Below, piece by piece: positions 1-9,593 of a stretch of 64,000 nt of DNA (its first letter is position 1; each line of letters starts with the position of its first letter). The stretch comes from Flavobacterium sp. Its GTDB lineage: Bacteria; Bacteroidota; Bacteroidia; Flavobacteriales; Flavobacteriaceae. The notes beneath the pieces are model-generated. The model saw only the letters and a list, made by a program, of their open reading frames with translations. It searched no databases and was not told where the DNA came from. The position numbers and the translations under genes are program-made. The DNA lies in NCBI RefSeq assembly GCF_049318325.1, contig NZ_JBMOGQ010000001.1, positions 32,708-96,707 of the forward strand, read 5' to 3'.

Positions 1-2
1 GA

Positions 3-404
3 ACACAAGGCGGTGGAAGTGGCGACAACTGTTGGACAGGTTATCCGTATATGTTTACGAATCCGATTGCCGGAAAAACAGGGACATCCCAAAATCAATC
101 TGATGGCTGGTTTATCGGAATGGTGCCTAATTTAGTTACCGGAGTTTGGGTGGGTTGCGAAGATCGTTCAGCGCGTTTCAAAGGAATCACCTATGGTCAG
201 GGCGCAACAGCTGCTTTACCAATTTGGGGTTATATGATGAAAAAATGTTACGAAGATAAAGATTTAATGATTTCAAAAGATCCGTTTGAAAGACCTGATA
301 ATTTATCTATAAAAGTAGATTGCTGGTCACCAAGAAAAGTAGAAACCGACTCGACCGCACTTCCACCAGAAGAAGAACAAAACACAGAAGAGTTTGGATT
401 ATAA
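3..404 (+). CDS. Penicillin-binding protein 1A, C-terminal part (5' truncated by window)
   Basis: Frame open from base 3; transpeptidase KTG motif (AGKTGT) followed by DGWFIG..LVTGVWVG. Confidence 0.85.
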   Translation, partial: TQGGGSGDNCWTGYPYMFTNPIAGKTGTSQNQSDGWFIGMVPNLVTGVWVGCEDRSARFKGITYGQGATAALPIWGYMMKKCYEDKDLMISKDPFERPDNLSIKVDCWSPRKVETDSTALPPEEEQNTEEFGL

Positions 405-420
405 TAGTTGCCATTAAATC

Positions 421-1125
421 ATGATTAACAAAAAAGTAAATTCCGTTCAAGAGGCACTTCAAGGCATTGAAGACAATATGACCATAATGCTTGGAGGCTT
501 TGGCCTTTGCGGTATTCCCGAAAACAGTATTGCTGAATTAGTAAAAAAAGAAACTACTGGATTAACCTGCATTTCAAACAATGCCGGTGTCGATGATTTT
601 GGACTTGGATTGCTTTTGCAAAAAAGACAAATTAAAAAAATGATTTCTTCCTATGTTGGAGAAAACGCTGAATTTGAACGCCAAATGCTTTCCGGAGAAT
701 TAGATGTAGAACTTACTCCGCAAGGAACATTAGCTGAAAAATGTCGCGCTGCTCAAGCCGGAATTCCTGCCTTTTTTACGCCTGCAGGCTACGGAACTGA
801 AGTTGCAGAAGGAAAAGAAACGCGCGAATTCAACGGAAAAATGCACGTAATGGAATTGGCCTACAAAGCTGATTTCTCCATTGTAAAAGCATGGAAAGGC
901 GACGAAGCCGGAAACCTGATTTTCAAAGGAACCGCCCGAAACTTTAACGCTTGTATGGCCGGCGCTGGAAAAATTACTATAGCTGAAGTAGAAGAATTAT
1001 TACCAGTAGGTTCACTAGACCCAAATCAAATACACATTCCTGGAATATTGGTACAACGTATCTTCAAAGGAGAAAAATTTGAAAAAAGAATTGAGCAACG
1101 AACGGTTAGACAACGTCAAATTTGA
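421..1125 (+). CDS. scoA: 3-oxoacid CoA-transferase subunit A
   Basis: [15 protein letters not shown] and PQGTLAE motifs; paired with subunit B. Confidence 0.93.
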   Translation: MINKKVNSVQEALQGIEDNMTIMLGGFGLCGIPENSIAELVKKETTGLTCISNNAGVDDFGLGLLLQKRQIKKMISSYVGENAEFERQMLSGELDVELTPQGTLAEKCRAAQAGIPAFFTPAGYGTEVAEGKETREFNGKMHVMELAYKADFSIVKAWKGDEAGNLIFKGTARNFNACMAGAGKITIAEVEELLPVGSLDPNQIHIPGILVQRIFKGEKFEKRIEQRTVRQRQI

Positions 1126-1158
1126 GAATGTGTTAATTTGAGAATTTGAAAATGAGAA
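1119..1158. repeat. Left arm: five tandem octamers, consensus AATTTGAR
   Basis: AATTTGAG AATGTGTT AATTTGAG AATTTGAA AATGAGAA; contains the scoA TGA and the ATG of the next gene. Confidence 0.8.
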
Positions 1159-1505
1159 ACGACAAAGACAATTTAATCGTAAAACTAAGTTTCGAATTTG
1201 CTCTAAAAATAATTGCTTATTCTGAAGAAATTAGACAAATGAATCGTTTCGAAATGGCATCTCAAATTTTTAGAAGCGGAACATCAATAGGAGCTAATAT
1301 AAGAGAAGCACAAAATGCAGAAAGCAAGGCTGATTTTATTCATAAATTCAAAATCGCAGCAAAAGAAGCTGATGAAGTTCAATATTGGTTATCCCTATGT
1401 AAGGAATCGGAATATTATCCAAACCCAAGTCAAGAATTACATAAAGAAATACAATCTATAAATTTGATTTTATCAAAAATTATTTCTTCTAGCAAGAAAG
1501 CTTAA
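1152..1505 (+). CDS. Four-helix-bundle protein (TIGR02436 / 23S rRNA IVP / Avd-like family)
   Basis: QIFRSGTSIGANIREAQNAESKADFIHKFKIAAKEADEVQYWL signature; ATG at 1152 preferred over TTG at 1146. Confidence 0.9.
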   Translation: MRNDKDNLIVKLSFEFALKIIAYSEEIRQMNRFEMASQIFRSGTSIGANIREAQNAESKADFIHKFKIAAKEADEVQYWLSLCKESEYYPNPSQELHKEIQSINLILSKIISSSKKA

Positions 1506-1538
1506 TTTTCAAATCATCAAATTTTCAAATCATCAAAT
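1505..1538. repeat. Right arm: four tandem octamers, inverted relative to the left arm
   Basis: TTTTCAAA TCATCAAA TTTTCAAA TCATCAAA (perfect 16-mer duplication); reverse complement reads TTTGA(A/T)(A/G)A like the left arm. Confidence 0.85.
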
Positions 1539-1539
1539 A

Positions 1540-2196
1540 ATGTTAGACAAAAACGACATCGCAAAACGAATAGCCAAAGAAGTTAAAGACCGCTATTATG
1601 TAAATTTAGGAATCGGAATTCCAACTTTGGTTGCTAATTATGTACGTACTGATATTTCTGTCGAATTTCAAAGTGAAAATGGCGTTCTCGGAATGGGACC
1701 ATTCCCATTTGAAGGCGAAGAAGATGCCGATATTATAAATGCCGGAAAACAAACGATTACAACTTTACCTGGAGCTAGTTTTTTTGATTCCGCTTTTAGT
1801 TTCGGAATGATTCGCAGTCAAAAAGTAGATTTAACGATTCTTGGCGCTATGGAAGTTGCCGAAAACGGCGATATTGCTAACTGGAAAATTCCTAGAAAAA
1901 TGGTCAAAGGAATGGGTGGTGCAATGGATTTAGTAGCTTCGGCCGAAAACATAATCGTTGCCATGATGCACGTGAATAAAGCAGGTGAAAGTAAAATCCT
2001 GAAAAAATGTACTTTGCCGTTAACAGGAGTTGGCTGTGTAAAGAAAGTGGTTACTGAATTGGCCGTTTTAGAAATAACTCCAAGAGGTTTCAAACTAATT
2101 GAACGCGCGCCAGGCATTTCTGTAGAACACATTATCGCTTCAACTGAAGCCGATTTAATTATCGAAGGAGAAATTCCGGAGATGGTTATTGATTAA
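1540..2196 (+). CDS. scoB: 3-oxoacid CoA-transferase subunit B
   Basis: NLGIGIPT, catalytic QSENG, GMGGAMDL. Confidence 0.93.
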   Translation: MLDKNDIAKRIAKEVKDRYYVNLGIGIPTLVANYVRTDISVEFQSENGVLGMGPFPFEGEEDADIINAGKQTITTLPGASFFDSAFSFGMIRSQKVDLTILGAMEVAENGDIANWKIPRKMVKGMGGAMDLVASAENIIVAMMHVNKAGESKILKKCTLPLTGVGCVKKVVTELAVLEITPRGFKLIERAPGISVEHIIASTEADLIIEGEIPEMVID

Positions 2197-2575
2197 GATA
2201 CTCCAACAAAACTTCGGAAGCATTCCCAAAAGTATTCACTTTTTCAGTGATGCTGACTGCTCGTTTTTTATTCAGTTTATATGTTAAATCAAATTCGGTC
2301 GTAAACAATATTGCCGACAGGAATGGATTATTGATATAGGTAAGCAGTTTGTCGCGAGCCGCATCAATAGAATGAATTTCAACTACTTCTTCCTGCTGGA
2401 ATTTATATTTAAGTTCTAGTTTTAAAACCCCAGCTTCTAAATTCGGGCGAACATAAATATTCATTAAATCGGTGTTGCCAATAGTTTTTGCTAATGTTAA
2501 TTTGGCAAAGGTTCCATCAGCTAAACTAGCTTTGACATGGTTATAAAAATCGGAAAAAGATTCGGCAAACGACAT
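2186..2575 (-). CDS. Hypothetical protein
   Basis: 129-aa ORF with ATG directly downstream of the 2595..4034 gene; convergent 11-bp overlap with scoB. Confidence 0.7.
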   Translation of the reverse strand: MSFAESFSDFYNHVKASLADGTFAKLTLAKTIGNTDLMNIYVRPNLEAGVLKLELKYKFQQEEVVEIHSIDAARDKLLTYINNPFLSAILFTTEFDLTYKLNKKRAVSITEKVNTFGNASEVLLEYLNQ

Positions 2576-2594
2576 TTGAATTTCTGTTTATATT

Positions 2595-4034
2595 CTAAAA
2601 AAACCAACTTGCCACAAAAATAGCGGTAATCACACAAATCAAATCGACCAAAAGCATGGTTCCAAGTGTGTATCGTGTGTTCTTAACATTAATTGACCCA
2701 AAGTAAACCGCTATGACATAAAAAGTGCTTTCGGCACTGCATTGAAAAATACTGCTCAGCCTACCTGTTAAGGAATCAGCTCCAAAAGTATTCATTGAAT
2801 CTATTAAAAAACCTCTTGATCCGGCAGAGCTAAAAGGTCTAAGAAGCGCAACTGGTAAAGCATCGGTAATTTCTTTGGTTACACCCATATTAGAAAAAAT
2901 AAAAGCAATCCAATCACTAATAATTTCAAATAAACCACTATTTCTGAATAAAGAAATTGCCACTAACATTCCCATCACATAAGGGAAAATTGTTACCCCA
3001 GTTTTAACACCTTTATTTGCTCCTTCTACAAATGACTCATAAACTGTAGTATTAGCCTCTATAAATTTTTTCTCTTTTATAAATGATAAGATTAAAGTAA
3101 AAGCAATAATTCCAACCAATATCAAGGCTGAAAGATTTGAAGTAAAATAATTTTTACCTATTAAATCTAAATGATTTACATACATCAACAATCCCACAAT
3201 TGCGGAAATTAAAACCATTAAGCCAATTACTAATGACGCACTTTTGAAATTTATTTTTTGTTTAAATCCAACTATTAAAAAAGCAGCAATTGTTCCAATG
3301 AATGATGTAATAATACAGGGCAACATAACATCGGCCGGATTAGTAGCATTGGCAGCTGCACGATAGCCAATTATCGAAGTTGCTATCAAAGTAAGTCCCG
3401 AGGCATGTAAACACATGAACATGATTTGAGCATCGCTGGCCTTATCTTTATCGGGATTAATTTCTTGTAAACTTTGCATAGCTTTTAACCCAAATGGTGT
3501 TGCTGCAGAATCTAATCCAAGAAAATTTGCTGCAAAATTTAAAGTCATATAGGAAATAGATTCGTGATTCTTAGGGACCGTTGGAAAGACTTTTACGAAA
3601 ATAGGACTTAAGACTTTTGCCAATTTTTCGGATGCTCCAGAAATGATTAATAGTTCCATCAATCCACAGAAAAAAGCCAAATAGGCAATCAACGGAATAA
3701 TTAAATCAATTAAACTGCTTTTGCAAGTTGGTAGTAATCCATCGGATTTTTGAACACCGGAATAAATTTTAACAGTCTTTGCTTTATAAATATATGTGGT
3801 GTCTGCGTTTAGTGTATCTCTATCGATAATCATGGTTTGTTCAGGTGCATTTTTGATACTGTCCATTACAAATTTTGGGACTTGTTCCAAATATTTTTCT
3901 GAAATTAGAATTGGATCATCCTTTTTCCCATTCAAAACATTATCAATGGTATAGCTGTTACCAATACTCAAACTAACTATTACAAAGGCTATAGATGAAA
4001 CAAAAATAGCTAGCCAAAATCTACTTAAAACCAT
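2595..4034 (-). CDS. Nucleoside-recognition (Gate) membrane protein, SpmA-SpmB fusion type
   Basis: NFAANFLGLDSAATPFGLKAM (SpmA-like) and LLRPFSS..ESTFYVIAVYFG (SpmB-like) in one polypeptide. Confidence 0.85.
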   Translation of the reverse strand: MVLSRFWLAIFVSSIAFVIVSLSIGNSYTIDNVLNGKKDDPILISEKYLEQVPKFVMDSIKNAPEQTMIIDRDTLNADTTYIYKAKTVKIYSGVQKSDGLLPTCKSSLIDLIIPLIAYLAFFCGLMELLIISGASEKLAKVLSPIFVKVFPTVPKNHESISYMTLNFAANFLGLDSAATPFGLKAMQSLQEINPDKDKASDAQIMFMCLHASGLTLIATSIIGYRAAANATNPADVMLPCIITSFIGTIAAFLIVGFKQKINFKSASLVIGLMVLISAIVGLLMYVNHLDLIGKNYFTSNLSALILVGIIAFTLILSFIKEKKFIEANTTVYESFVEGANKGVKTGVTIFPYVMGMLVAISLFRNSGLFEIISDWIAFIFSNMGVTKEITDALPVALLRPFSSAGSRGFLIDSMNTFGADSLTGRLSSIFQCSAESTFYVIAVYFGSINVKNTRYTLGTMLLVDLICVITAIFVASWFF

Positions 4035-4182
4035 ACCTTGTTTTTTTGTAAATATAGCATTTATCGATTTTGAATTAAAAAATTAAAGTCAATTTTTATT
4101 TTCTGCTTTTAAAATGTGCTAAACAAAGTATAAATTTTTATGAATATTTATTAATAAAATGTAAAATTTATTCTAGTGTTTA

Positions 4183-4190
4183 TATATTTG
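4183..4190 (+). promoter_or_regulatory. Bacteroidota -7 promoter element
   Basis: TATATTTG fits TAnnTTTG; supports the ATG 4230 start. Confidence 0.5.
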
Positions 4191-4229
4191 TTGACTATAT
4201 ATTACAAATTATTCACATCTGTAAAATTT

Positions 4230-7175
4230 ATGAAAAAGAATTACTACTTAATATTGACGTTTTTATTTGTTTCGTTTAGCTTTTATGGTCAATCACAGGC
4301 CGATATCAAAAAAATTATTGCGAACTATGATTTAGAAAAGCTAAGTAAAATGGAAGCTTTTTATAGAAAAAAAGCACATGAAGAAAAAGATAAAGCAATA
4401 GCAGTAGCTAAGGCCAAAAAATGGCCAATCTATACTGTTAAAGACGATGGAAGTATATCTGAGTTGATGAGAATTTCTCAAGAAGGTTTGCCAATTTATT
4501 ATAGAACAGACAATGTCACTGCAGCAAAATCTACCAGAGTAAATTATTTAAATACTGGTGGTTCTCTTGGATTAAACTTAAATGGACAAGGAATGACTGT
4601 TAGAGTTTGGGATGGTGGAAATATAAGAACTACTCATACTGCTTTTGGAGGAAGAGCAACAGTAATTGATGATCCATCCAATGCTAGTACTGTTCAGCAT
4701 GCAACTCACGTAACTGGAACTATGGTGGCAAGTGCAAATCCGGCTTCAGTTAAAGGAATGGCCTATCAAGCAAATGCAAGAACATTCAATTGGACAGATG
4801 ATGACTCTGAAGCAATTTCAGAAGCGCAACTTGGAATGTTGATTTCTAATCATTCCTATGGAGTGCCTATTAATAGTGCTGGTACGATATTACCTGCTAC
4901 ATATATTGGTTTATATGATGGAGAAGCTCAATTATGGGATGATATTGCTTATAATGCTCCCTATTATCTTGCTGTAATGTCTGCCGGAAATGATGGTACA
5001 AGTACAGATAATACTGAACCAATTGCTATTGGATATGATAAATTAGTTAGTAATAAAACCGCTAAAAACAATTTGGTTGTTGCAAGTTGTGCAGATGTTA
5101 CTGTTTTTGCATCTGACGGAACTGTTTTACCCTCAAATATTAATATTAGTTCTTTTAGTAGTCAAGGTCCAACCGACGATTTAAGAATTAAACCAGATAT
5201 TACTGGAAATGGAGAAAACTTAACTTCAACAAATAATACAAGTAATACATCTACAACAACAATGTCTGGAACTTCAATGGCTTCACCTAATGTTGCAGGA
5301 AGTTTAATTTTATTACAACAACATTACAAAAATCTATCCAATAACTTTATGAGAGCTTCAACTTTAAAAGGAGTGGCTTGTCATACAGCTGATGACGGAG
5401 GGTTAACTGGGCCAGATGCAAAATTTGGTTGGGGGTTGTTAAATTGCAAAAAAGCAGCGGAGACTCTTACAAATAATGGTCTAACCTCATGGGTGTCTGA
5501 AGAAAGTTTAAGTAATAATCAAACTTTTACAATGACTGTAAACTCAAACGGAACGAGCCCTTTGATTGCATCAATTACATGGACAGATTTACCTGGACAA
5601 ATTTTTAATAGTGGAACAGCTAATAATCCAACTCCAGCATTAGTAAATGATTTAGATATAAGAATAACCAGAAATGGCACTACTTATTATCCATGGAAAC
5701 TTACTTCTTCACCAAACAATCCGGCTATTAGAACTGAAGATAATAATGTGGATAATGTTGAACAAATAAAAATAGATGCTCCTGCTGCTGGTCAATACAC
5801 AATAACCATTAAACACAAGGGAACTTTAGTGACTGGAAGTCAAAAATATTCTTTAGTAATAACAGGTATTACTTCATCATTTGCTTTAAATTCTAATTCT
5901 GACAACTTAACAGTTTGTTCAAATCAAAATGCTGTTTATACTTTTAACTACACTCAATCAGGAACTGGAACGACAGCATTTTCTGCAGTTGATTTACCTG
6001 CAGGTGCAGTTGCAAATTTTTCGCCAGCTTCTTTAAGTGCTAATGGCATCGTTACCATGACTGTATCTGGTTTATCAAATATAATCCCGGGAGAATATTT
6101 TGTGGGTATAAAAGGCACAAGTGCTACTGAGACTGAAACTAGATATAAATCTTTAAGAGTATTCAACGGAAATTTCCAACCTGTGGTTTTACAAAGTCCA
6201 TCTAATGCACAAAATGGATTATCAACTACAACTATTTTAAGATGGAATAATCAAACAAATGCTCTGACATATCGTCTTCAAGTTTCTTTATTTGCTGATT
6301 TTTCTACTTTATTTTTAACTCAACAAGTAAATGGCACTAATTTCACCGTATCTGGATTGTCTCAAGCAACTAGATATTATTGGAGAGTAATTCCAGAAAA
6401 TAATTGTGGAACTGCCAATCTAAATGATGCTAATATATTCTCATTTGTTACTGGAAGTTTAGTTTGTGATTTAAATTTTGCTGCTACTGATTATTCTAAT
6501 GCAGTTATTGATGTTACTCCAAACTCAACGGCTTTTGTGCCATTAACCATTACTGGTGGATATTCTATTGGAGATATTAATGTAAACGTTGATATAACTC
6601 ATACTTGGATAGGAGACATAACTGTATCACTTCAAGGCCCAGCTTCTATTGGAAGTCCTATAATTACTTTATTAGATATACCATGCGGAAATAATCAAAA
6701 TATTAATTGTAAAATGGATGATGATGGAGGTTTTGCTGCATGTTCAGGTATTCCAGCAATAAGCGGATCCATTATTCCTTTTGATAATTTATCTTCTTTA
6801 AATACTTTACCTGCTGATGGTGAATGGATTTTAAAAGTTTTAGATCATAATAATGAAGATGGTGGAATAATTAATAACTTTAGTATTGATTTATGTAGGG
6901 TTGAAGCTGTATTAGGAATTGGAACAAATCCAATTACGAATAGTAGTATTTATCCAAACCCCACTAAAGGAATTGTAAATATTAGTATTCCTGCATTAAC
7001 AGATAAAGCAACTATAAATTTATTTGATATACAAGGAAGAAAAATTCTCTCAAAAGAAACCAACCAAGTAAATACTTCATTTGGGATTGAAAATCTTCAA
7101 GATGGGATTTACCTAGTTAATATAGAAAATGATTTAGGCTCAGTAACTAAAAAAATAGTATTGAGAAAAAACTAA
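4230..7175 (+). CDS. S8 serine peptidase with FN3-like, proprotein-convertase P and T9SS C-terminal sorting domains
   Basis: Signal peptide; triad VWDGG / HATHVTGT / GTSMASP; P-domain (HTWIGD..GEWILKV); C-terminal IYPNP..KKIV. Confidence 0.9.
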   Translation: MKKNYYLILTFLFVSFSFYGQSQADIKKIIANYDLEKLSKMEAFYRKKAHEEKDKAIAVAKAKKWPIYTVKDDGSISELMRISQEGLPIYYRTDNVTAAKSTRVNYLNTGGSLGLNLNGQGMTVRVWDGGNIRTTHTAFGGRATVIDDPSNASTVQHATHVTGTMVASANPASVKGMAYQANARTFNWTDDDSEAISEAQLGMLISNHSYGVPINSAGTILPATYIGLYDGEAQLWDDIAYNAPYYLAVMSAGNDGTSTDNTEPIAIGYDKLVSNKTAKNNLVVASCADVTVFASDGTVLPSNINISSFSSQGPTDDLRIKPDITGNGENLTSTNNTSNTSTTTMSGTSMASPNVAGSLILLQQHYKNLSNNFMRASTLKGVACHTADDGGLTGPDAKFGWGLLNCKKAAETLTNNGLTSWVSEESLSNNQTFTMTVNSNGTSPLIASITWTDLPGQIFNSGTANNPTPALVNDLDIRITRNGTTYYPWKLTSSPNNPAIRTEDNNVDNVEQIKIDAPAAGQYTITIKHKGTLVTGSQKYSLVITGITSSFALNSNSDNLTVCSNQNAVYTFNYTQSGTGTTAFSAVDLPAGAVANFSPASLSANGIVTMTVSGLSNIIPGEYFVGIKGTSATETETRYKSLRVFNGNFQPVVLQSPSNAQNGLSTTTILRWNNQTNALTYRLQVSLFADFSTLFLTQQVNGTNFTVSGLSQATRYYWRVIPENNCGTANLNDANIFSFVTGSLVCDLNFAATDYSNAVIDVTPNSTAFVPLTITGGYSIGDINVNVDITHTWIGDITVSLQGPASIGSPIITLLDIPCGNNQNINCKMDDDGGFAACSGIPAISGSIIPFDNLSSLNTLPADGEWILKVLDHNNEDGGIINNFSIDLCRVEAVLGIGTNPITNSSIYPNPTKGIVNISIPALTDKATINLFDIQGRKILSKETNQVNTSFGIENLQDGIYLVNIENDLGSVTKKIVLRKN

Positions 7176-7182
7176 GAAAATC

Positions 7183-7212
7183 AAAAAAGCTTCCAAATTT
7201 GGAAGCTTTTTT
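7183..7212. terminator. Bidirectional intrinsic terminator
   Basis: Palindrome AAAAAAGCTTCCAAA-TTTGGAAGCTTTTTT between convergent genes. Confidence 0.85.
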
Positions 7213-7925
7213 TATACATGAATAATTTCGTCTTCAATTAACAAATCTTCTCTTCGCATGCGTAAAAAGATTTGAGCAACAGCAATTACATCTTTTTCAC
7301 AATAAGTCACAATTCTATCGATGTCTTTTTCCACATAATAAACGTGTGCCACTTGACTTCCGTCAATATCTCCTTTGGGAGAAGGAATTCCCAAAATTTT
7401 AGTCATTAGTTTTAAAGAGGTGAAATGTTTGTAGTCGCCAAATTTCCATAACTCTAAAGTATCCAAATGTGGAATTTCCCATGGCTTTTTCCCAAATAAA
7501 TTAAGCTTATTTGGAATGGTTATTTGATTAATAATCATTCTACGAGCTATAAAAGGGATATCAAATTCTTTAGCATTATGACCACAAAGTAAATGTTGCG
7601 CTTGGTTAAAATGATTGTCCAACAAATTAGAAAAATCATTTAGAATCTTTTTCTCATCACCAAAAAAGGACGTGACTCTAAAATTTCTAATGTACCCTTT
7701 GTTTACAAAATACCCAACCGAAATACAAATAATTTTTCCAAATTCAGCCCAAATTCCTGCGCGGTCATAAAAATCTTCCGGAGTATATTCTTCGCGTCTT
7801 TGGTATTGCGTTTTTTGCTCCCAAAGTTGCTTCATATCATCATCTAAAACCTTGAAATTTTGCTCCTCGGGAACCGTTTCAATATCAATAAAAAGAATAT
7901 TATTGAGATTTATCTTTTCTATCAT
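7212..7925 (-). CDS. PolB-like 3'-5' exonuclease
   Basis: DIET (ExoI), HNAKEFD (ExoII), YCEKD (ExoIII). Confidence 0.88.
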   Translation of the reverse strand: MIEKINLNNILFIDIETVPEEQNFKVLDDDMKQLWEQKTQYQRREEYTPEDFYDRAGIWAEFGKIICISVGYFVNKGYIRNFRVTSFFGDEKKILNDFSNLLDNHFNQAQHLLCGHNAKEFDIPFIARRMIINQITIPNKLNLFGKKPWEIPHLDTLELWKFGDYKHFTSLKLMTKILGIPSPKGDIDGSQVAHVYYVEKDIDRIVTYCEKDVIAVAQIFLRMRREDLLIEDEIIHV

Positions 7926-7992
7926 TTATATTAAATTTAGGAATTTACGGACGTAAAATTAACTCATATAATTCAAATATGAAAGAAAAAGT

Positions 7993-8139
7993 TTAAAAAA
8001 GTGATTGCTGCTTTGAAGGATTTTCATGTTCCAATAACCATTTTTTCCCTTCGTTTAAAACAGATATTTCGGAAATCCTGTTTACATCGCCAATAATTTT
8101 GGTGATTCCGAGCGGCGATTCTATAAAGGCGAAGTCCTT
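7993..8139 (-). pseudogene. ogt: Internally deleted methylated-DNA-protein-cysteine methyltransferase remnant
   Basis: Translates KDFAFIESPLGITKIIGDVNRISEISVLNEG-KKWLLEHENPSKQQSLF*; Ogt-like N- and C-termini joined, no PCHR core, AAG where ATG is expected. Confidence 0.75.
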
Positions 8140-8181
8140 ATAATTTATTTCCCCTCGAGGTTCGCAAAGTTCGCAGTGAAA

Positions 8182-8550
8182 TTATTTTGAAAAGCTAAAA
8201 ATGTAATTTTCCAGCGCTTTCAATTCCTCTTCGCTCATACTTTTGGTGATGGCGAAATTGGTTTTCATGATTTCGTATTGACTTGGGTCAATGATAGGTT
8301 CACTTTTTTCCTGAAGAAATAAAACGATACTGGCTTTATTGTCTTTGTAAATTTTGGCAATCTCCTGCAAGCTTGGTCCAATAACTTTCTGATCGGATTT
8401 ATGACAGGCAATACAATTCCCTTCGCCTTCAAAAAGTTCCTGCCCTGAAATTTTTGTTGAAGTTTCGTCTACAGAAGTTTCAGATTTATCCTCTTTGGAT
8501 TTGCAGGAAAACAGACAAAATAAAGTTATTATTAATGATAGTTTTTTCAT
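8182..8550 (-). CDS. Mono-heme c-type cytochrome lipoprotein
   Basis: Lipobox-like LFSC; CIACH heme motif followed by IGPSL. Confidence 0.88.
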   Translation of the reverse strand: MKKLSLIITLFCLFSCKSKEDKSETSVDETSTKISGQELFEGEGNCIACHKSDQKVIGPSLQEIAKIYKDNKASIVLFLQEKSEPIIDPSQYEIMKTNFAITKSMSEEELKALENYIFSFSK

Positions 8551-8597
8551 TTAAAAAATAATACCCGGAATGTCTAAAAGACATTCTCATCTTAATA

Positions 8598-9590
8598 TCA
8601 AATATTCAATAAAACAGCCGCTTCTTTGGCAAAATAGGTCGAAATCAAACTTGCTCCGGCTCTTTTAATGCACATTAATTGCTCCATCATAATTTTATCA
8701 TGGTCAAGCCATCCTCTTTCTGAAGCGGCTTTAATCATGGCATATTCTCCGGAAACGTGGAATACCGTAACCGGAACATTGACAGCATTTTTGACTTCGC
8801 GAACGATGTCGAGATACGCAATTCCTGGTTTTACCATGACCATATCGGCACCTTCTTCAACATCCATAAGGGCTTCTTTGATGGCTTCGATTCGGTTGGC
8901 GTAATCCATTTGGTAAGTTTTTTTGTCTTTTGGGATTTCTGCATTATCTACTGGTGCACTATCCAAAGCATCTCGAAACGGACCGTAAAACGCTGAAGCA
9001 TATTTAGCTGAATAGCTCATGATTCCAACATTTGAAAATCCGGCAGCGTCTAAACCTTGACGAAGTCGTAAAACACGTCCGTCCATCATGTCGCTAGGAG
9101 CCACAAAATCAGCTCCCGCTTGGGCGTGAGAAACAGCCATTTTTACTAAAGCATCATTAGTAGCATCATTGGCAACATCGCCATTATTAATAATACCATC
9201 GTGACCATAAATCGAGTATGGATCGAGAGCTACATCGGGCATTACAATCATTTCAGGACAAGCGGCTTTTATTGCTTTTATGACTTGCTGCATAAGTCCG
9301 TTGGGATTCCATGCTTCTTTTCCGGTGTTGTCTTTTAGACTTTCATCAACTTTTACATAGATATTTACGGCACGGATTCCTAGAGCAAATACTTCTTTAA
9401 CTTCTTCCACTGTTAAATCGATTGATCGACGAAAAATCCCTGGCATAGATGGAATTTCCGATTTATAATTTTCACCTTCTGTAATAAACATTGGAAACAT
9501 AAAATCACTGGGACTTAATGTTGTTTCGCGGACTATCGAACGAATGCTTTCGTTTACTCGTAATCTTCTGCCTCTTTGTAGTGGGAACAT
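8598..9590 (-). CDS. hemB: Porphobilinogen synthase
   Basis: DVALDPY, APSDMMDGR, SAKYASAFYGPFRDA, MVKP. Confidence 0.97.
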   Translation of the reverse strand: MFPLQRGRRLRVNESIRSIVRETTLSPSDFMFPMFITEGENYKSEIPSMPGIFRRSIDLTVEEVKEVFALGIRAVNIYVKVDESLKDNTGKEAWNPNGLMQQVIKAIKAACPEMIVMPDVALDPYSIYGHDGIINNGDVANDATNDALVKMAVSHAQAGADFVAPSDMMDGRVLRLRQGLDAAGFSNVGIMSYSAKYASAFYGPFRDALDSAPVDNAEIPKDKKTYQMDYANRIEAIKEALMDVEEGADMVMVKPGIAYLDIVREVKNAVNVPVTVFHVSGEYAMIKAASERGWLDHDKIMMEQLMCIKRAGASLISTYFAKEAAVLLNI

Positions 9591-9593
9591 ATT

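Noticed and set aside
1146-1505. Diversity-generating retroelement or 23S rRNA intervening sequence, suggested by the Avd/IVP-like protein
   Set aside because: No reverse transcriptase, no template/variable repeat pair and no rRNA in the window.
2595-4034. Sporulation function from SpmA/SpmB similarity
   Set aside because: Fused SpmAB/Gate-domain proteins are common in non-sporulating bacteria; no other sporulation genes here.
7993-8550. Read-through fusion of cytochrome c with the downstream open frame
   Set aside because: The frame is shared, but the stop is TAA, the intervening codons are repeat-derived, and the downstream part is better explained as an ogt remnant.
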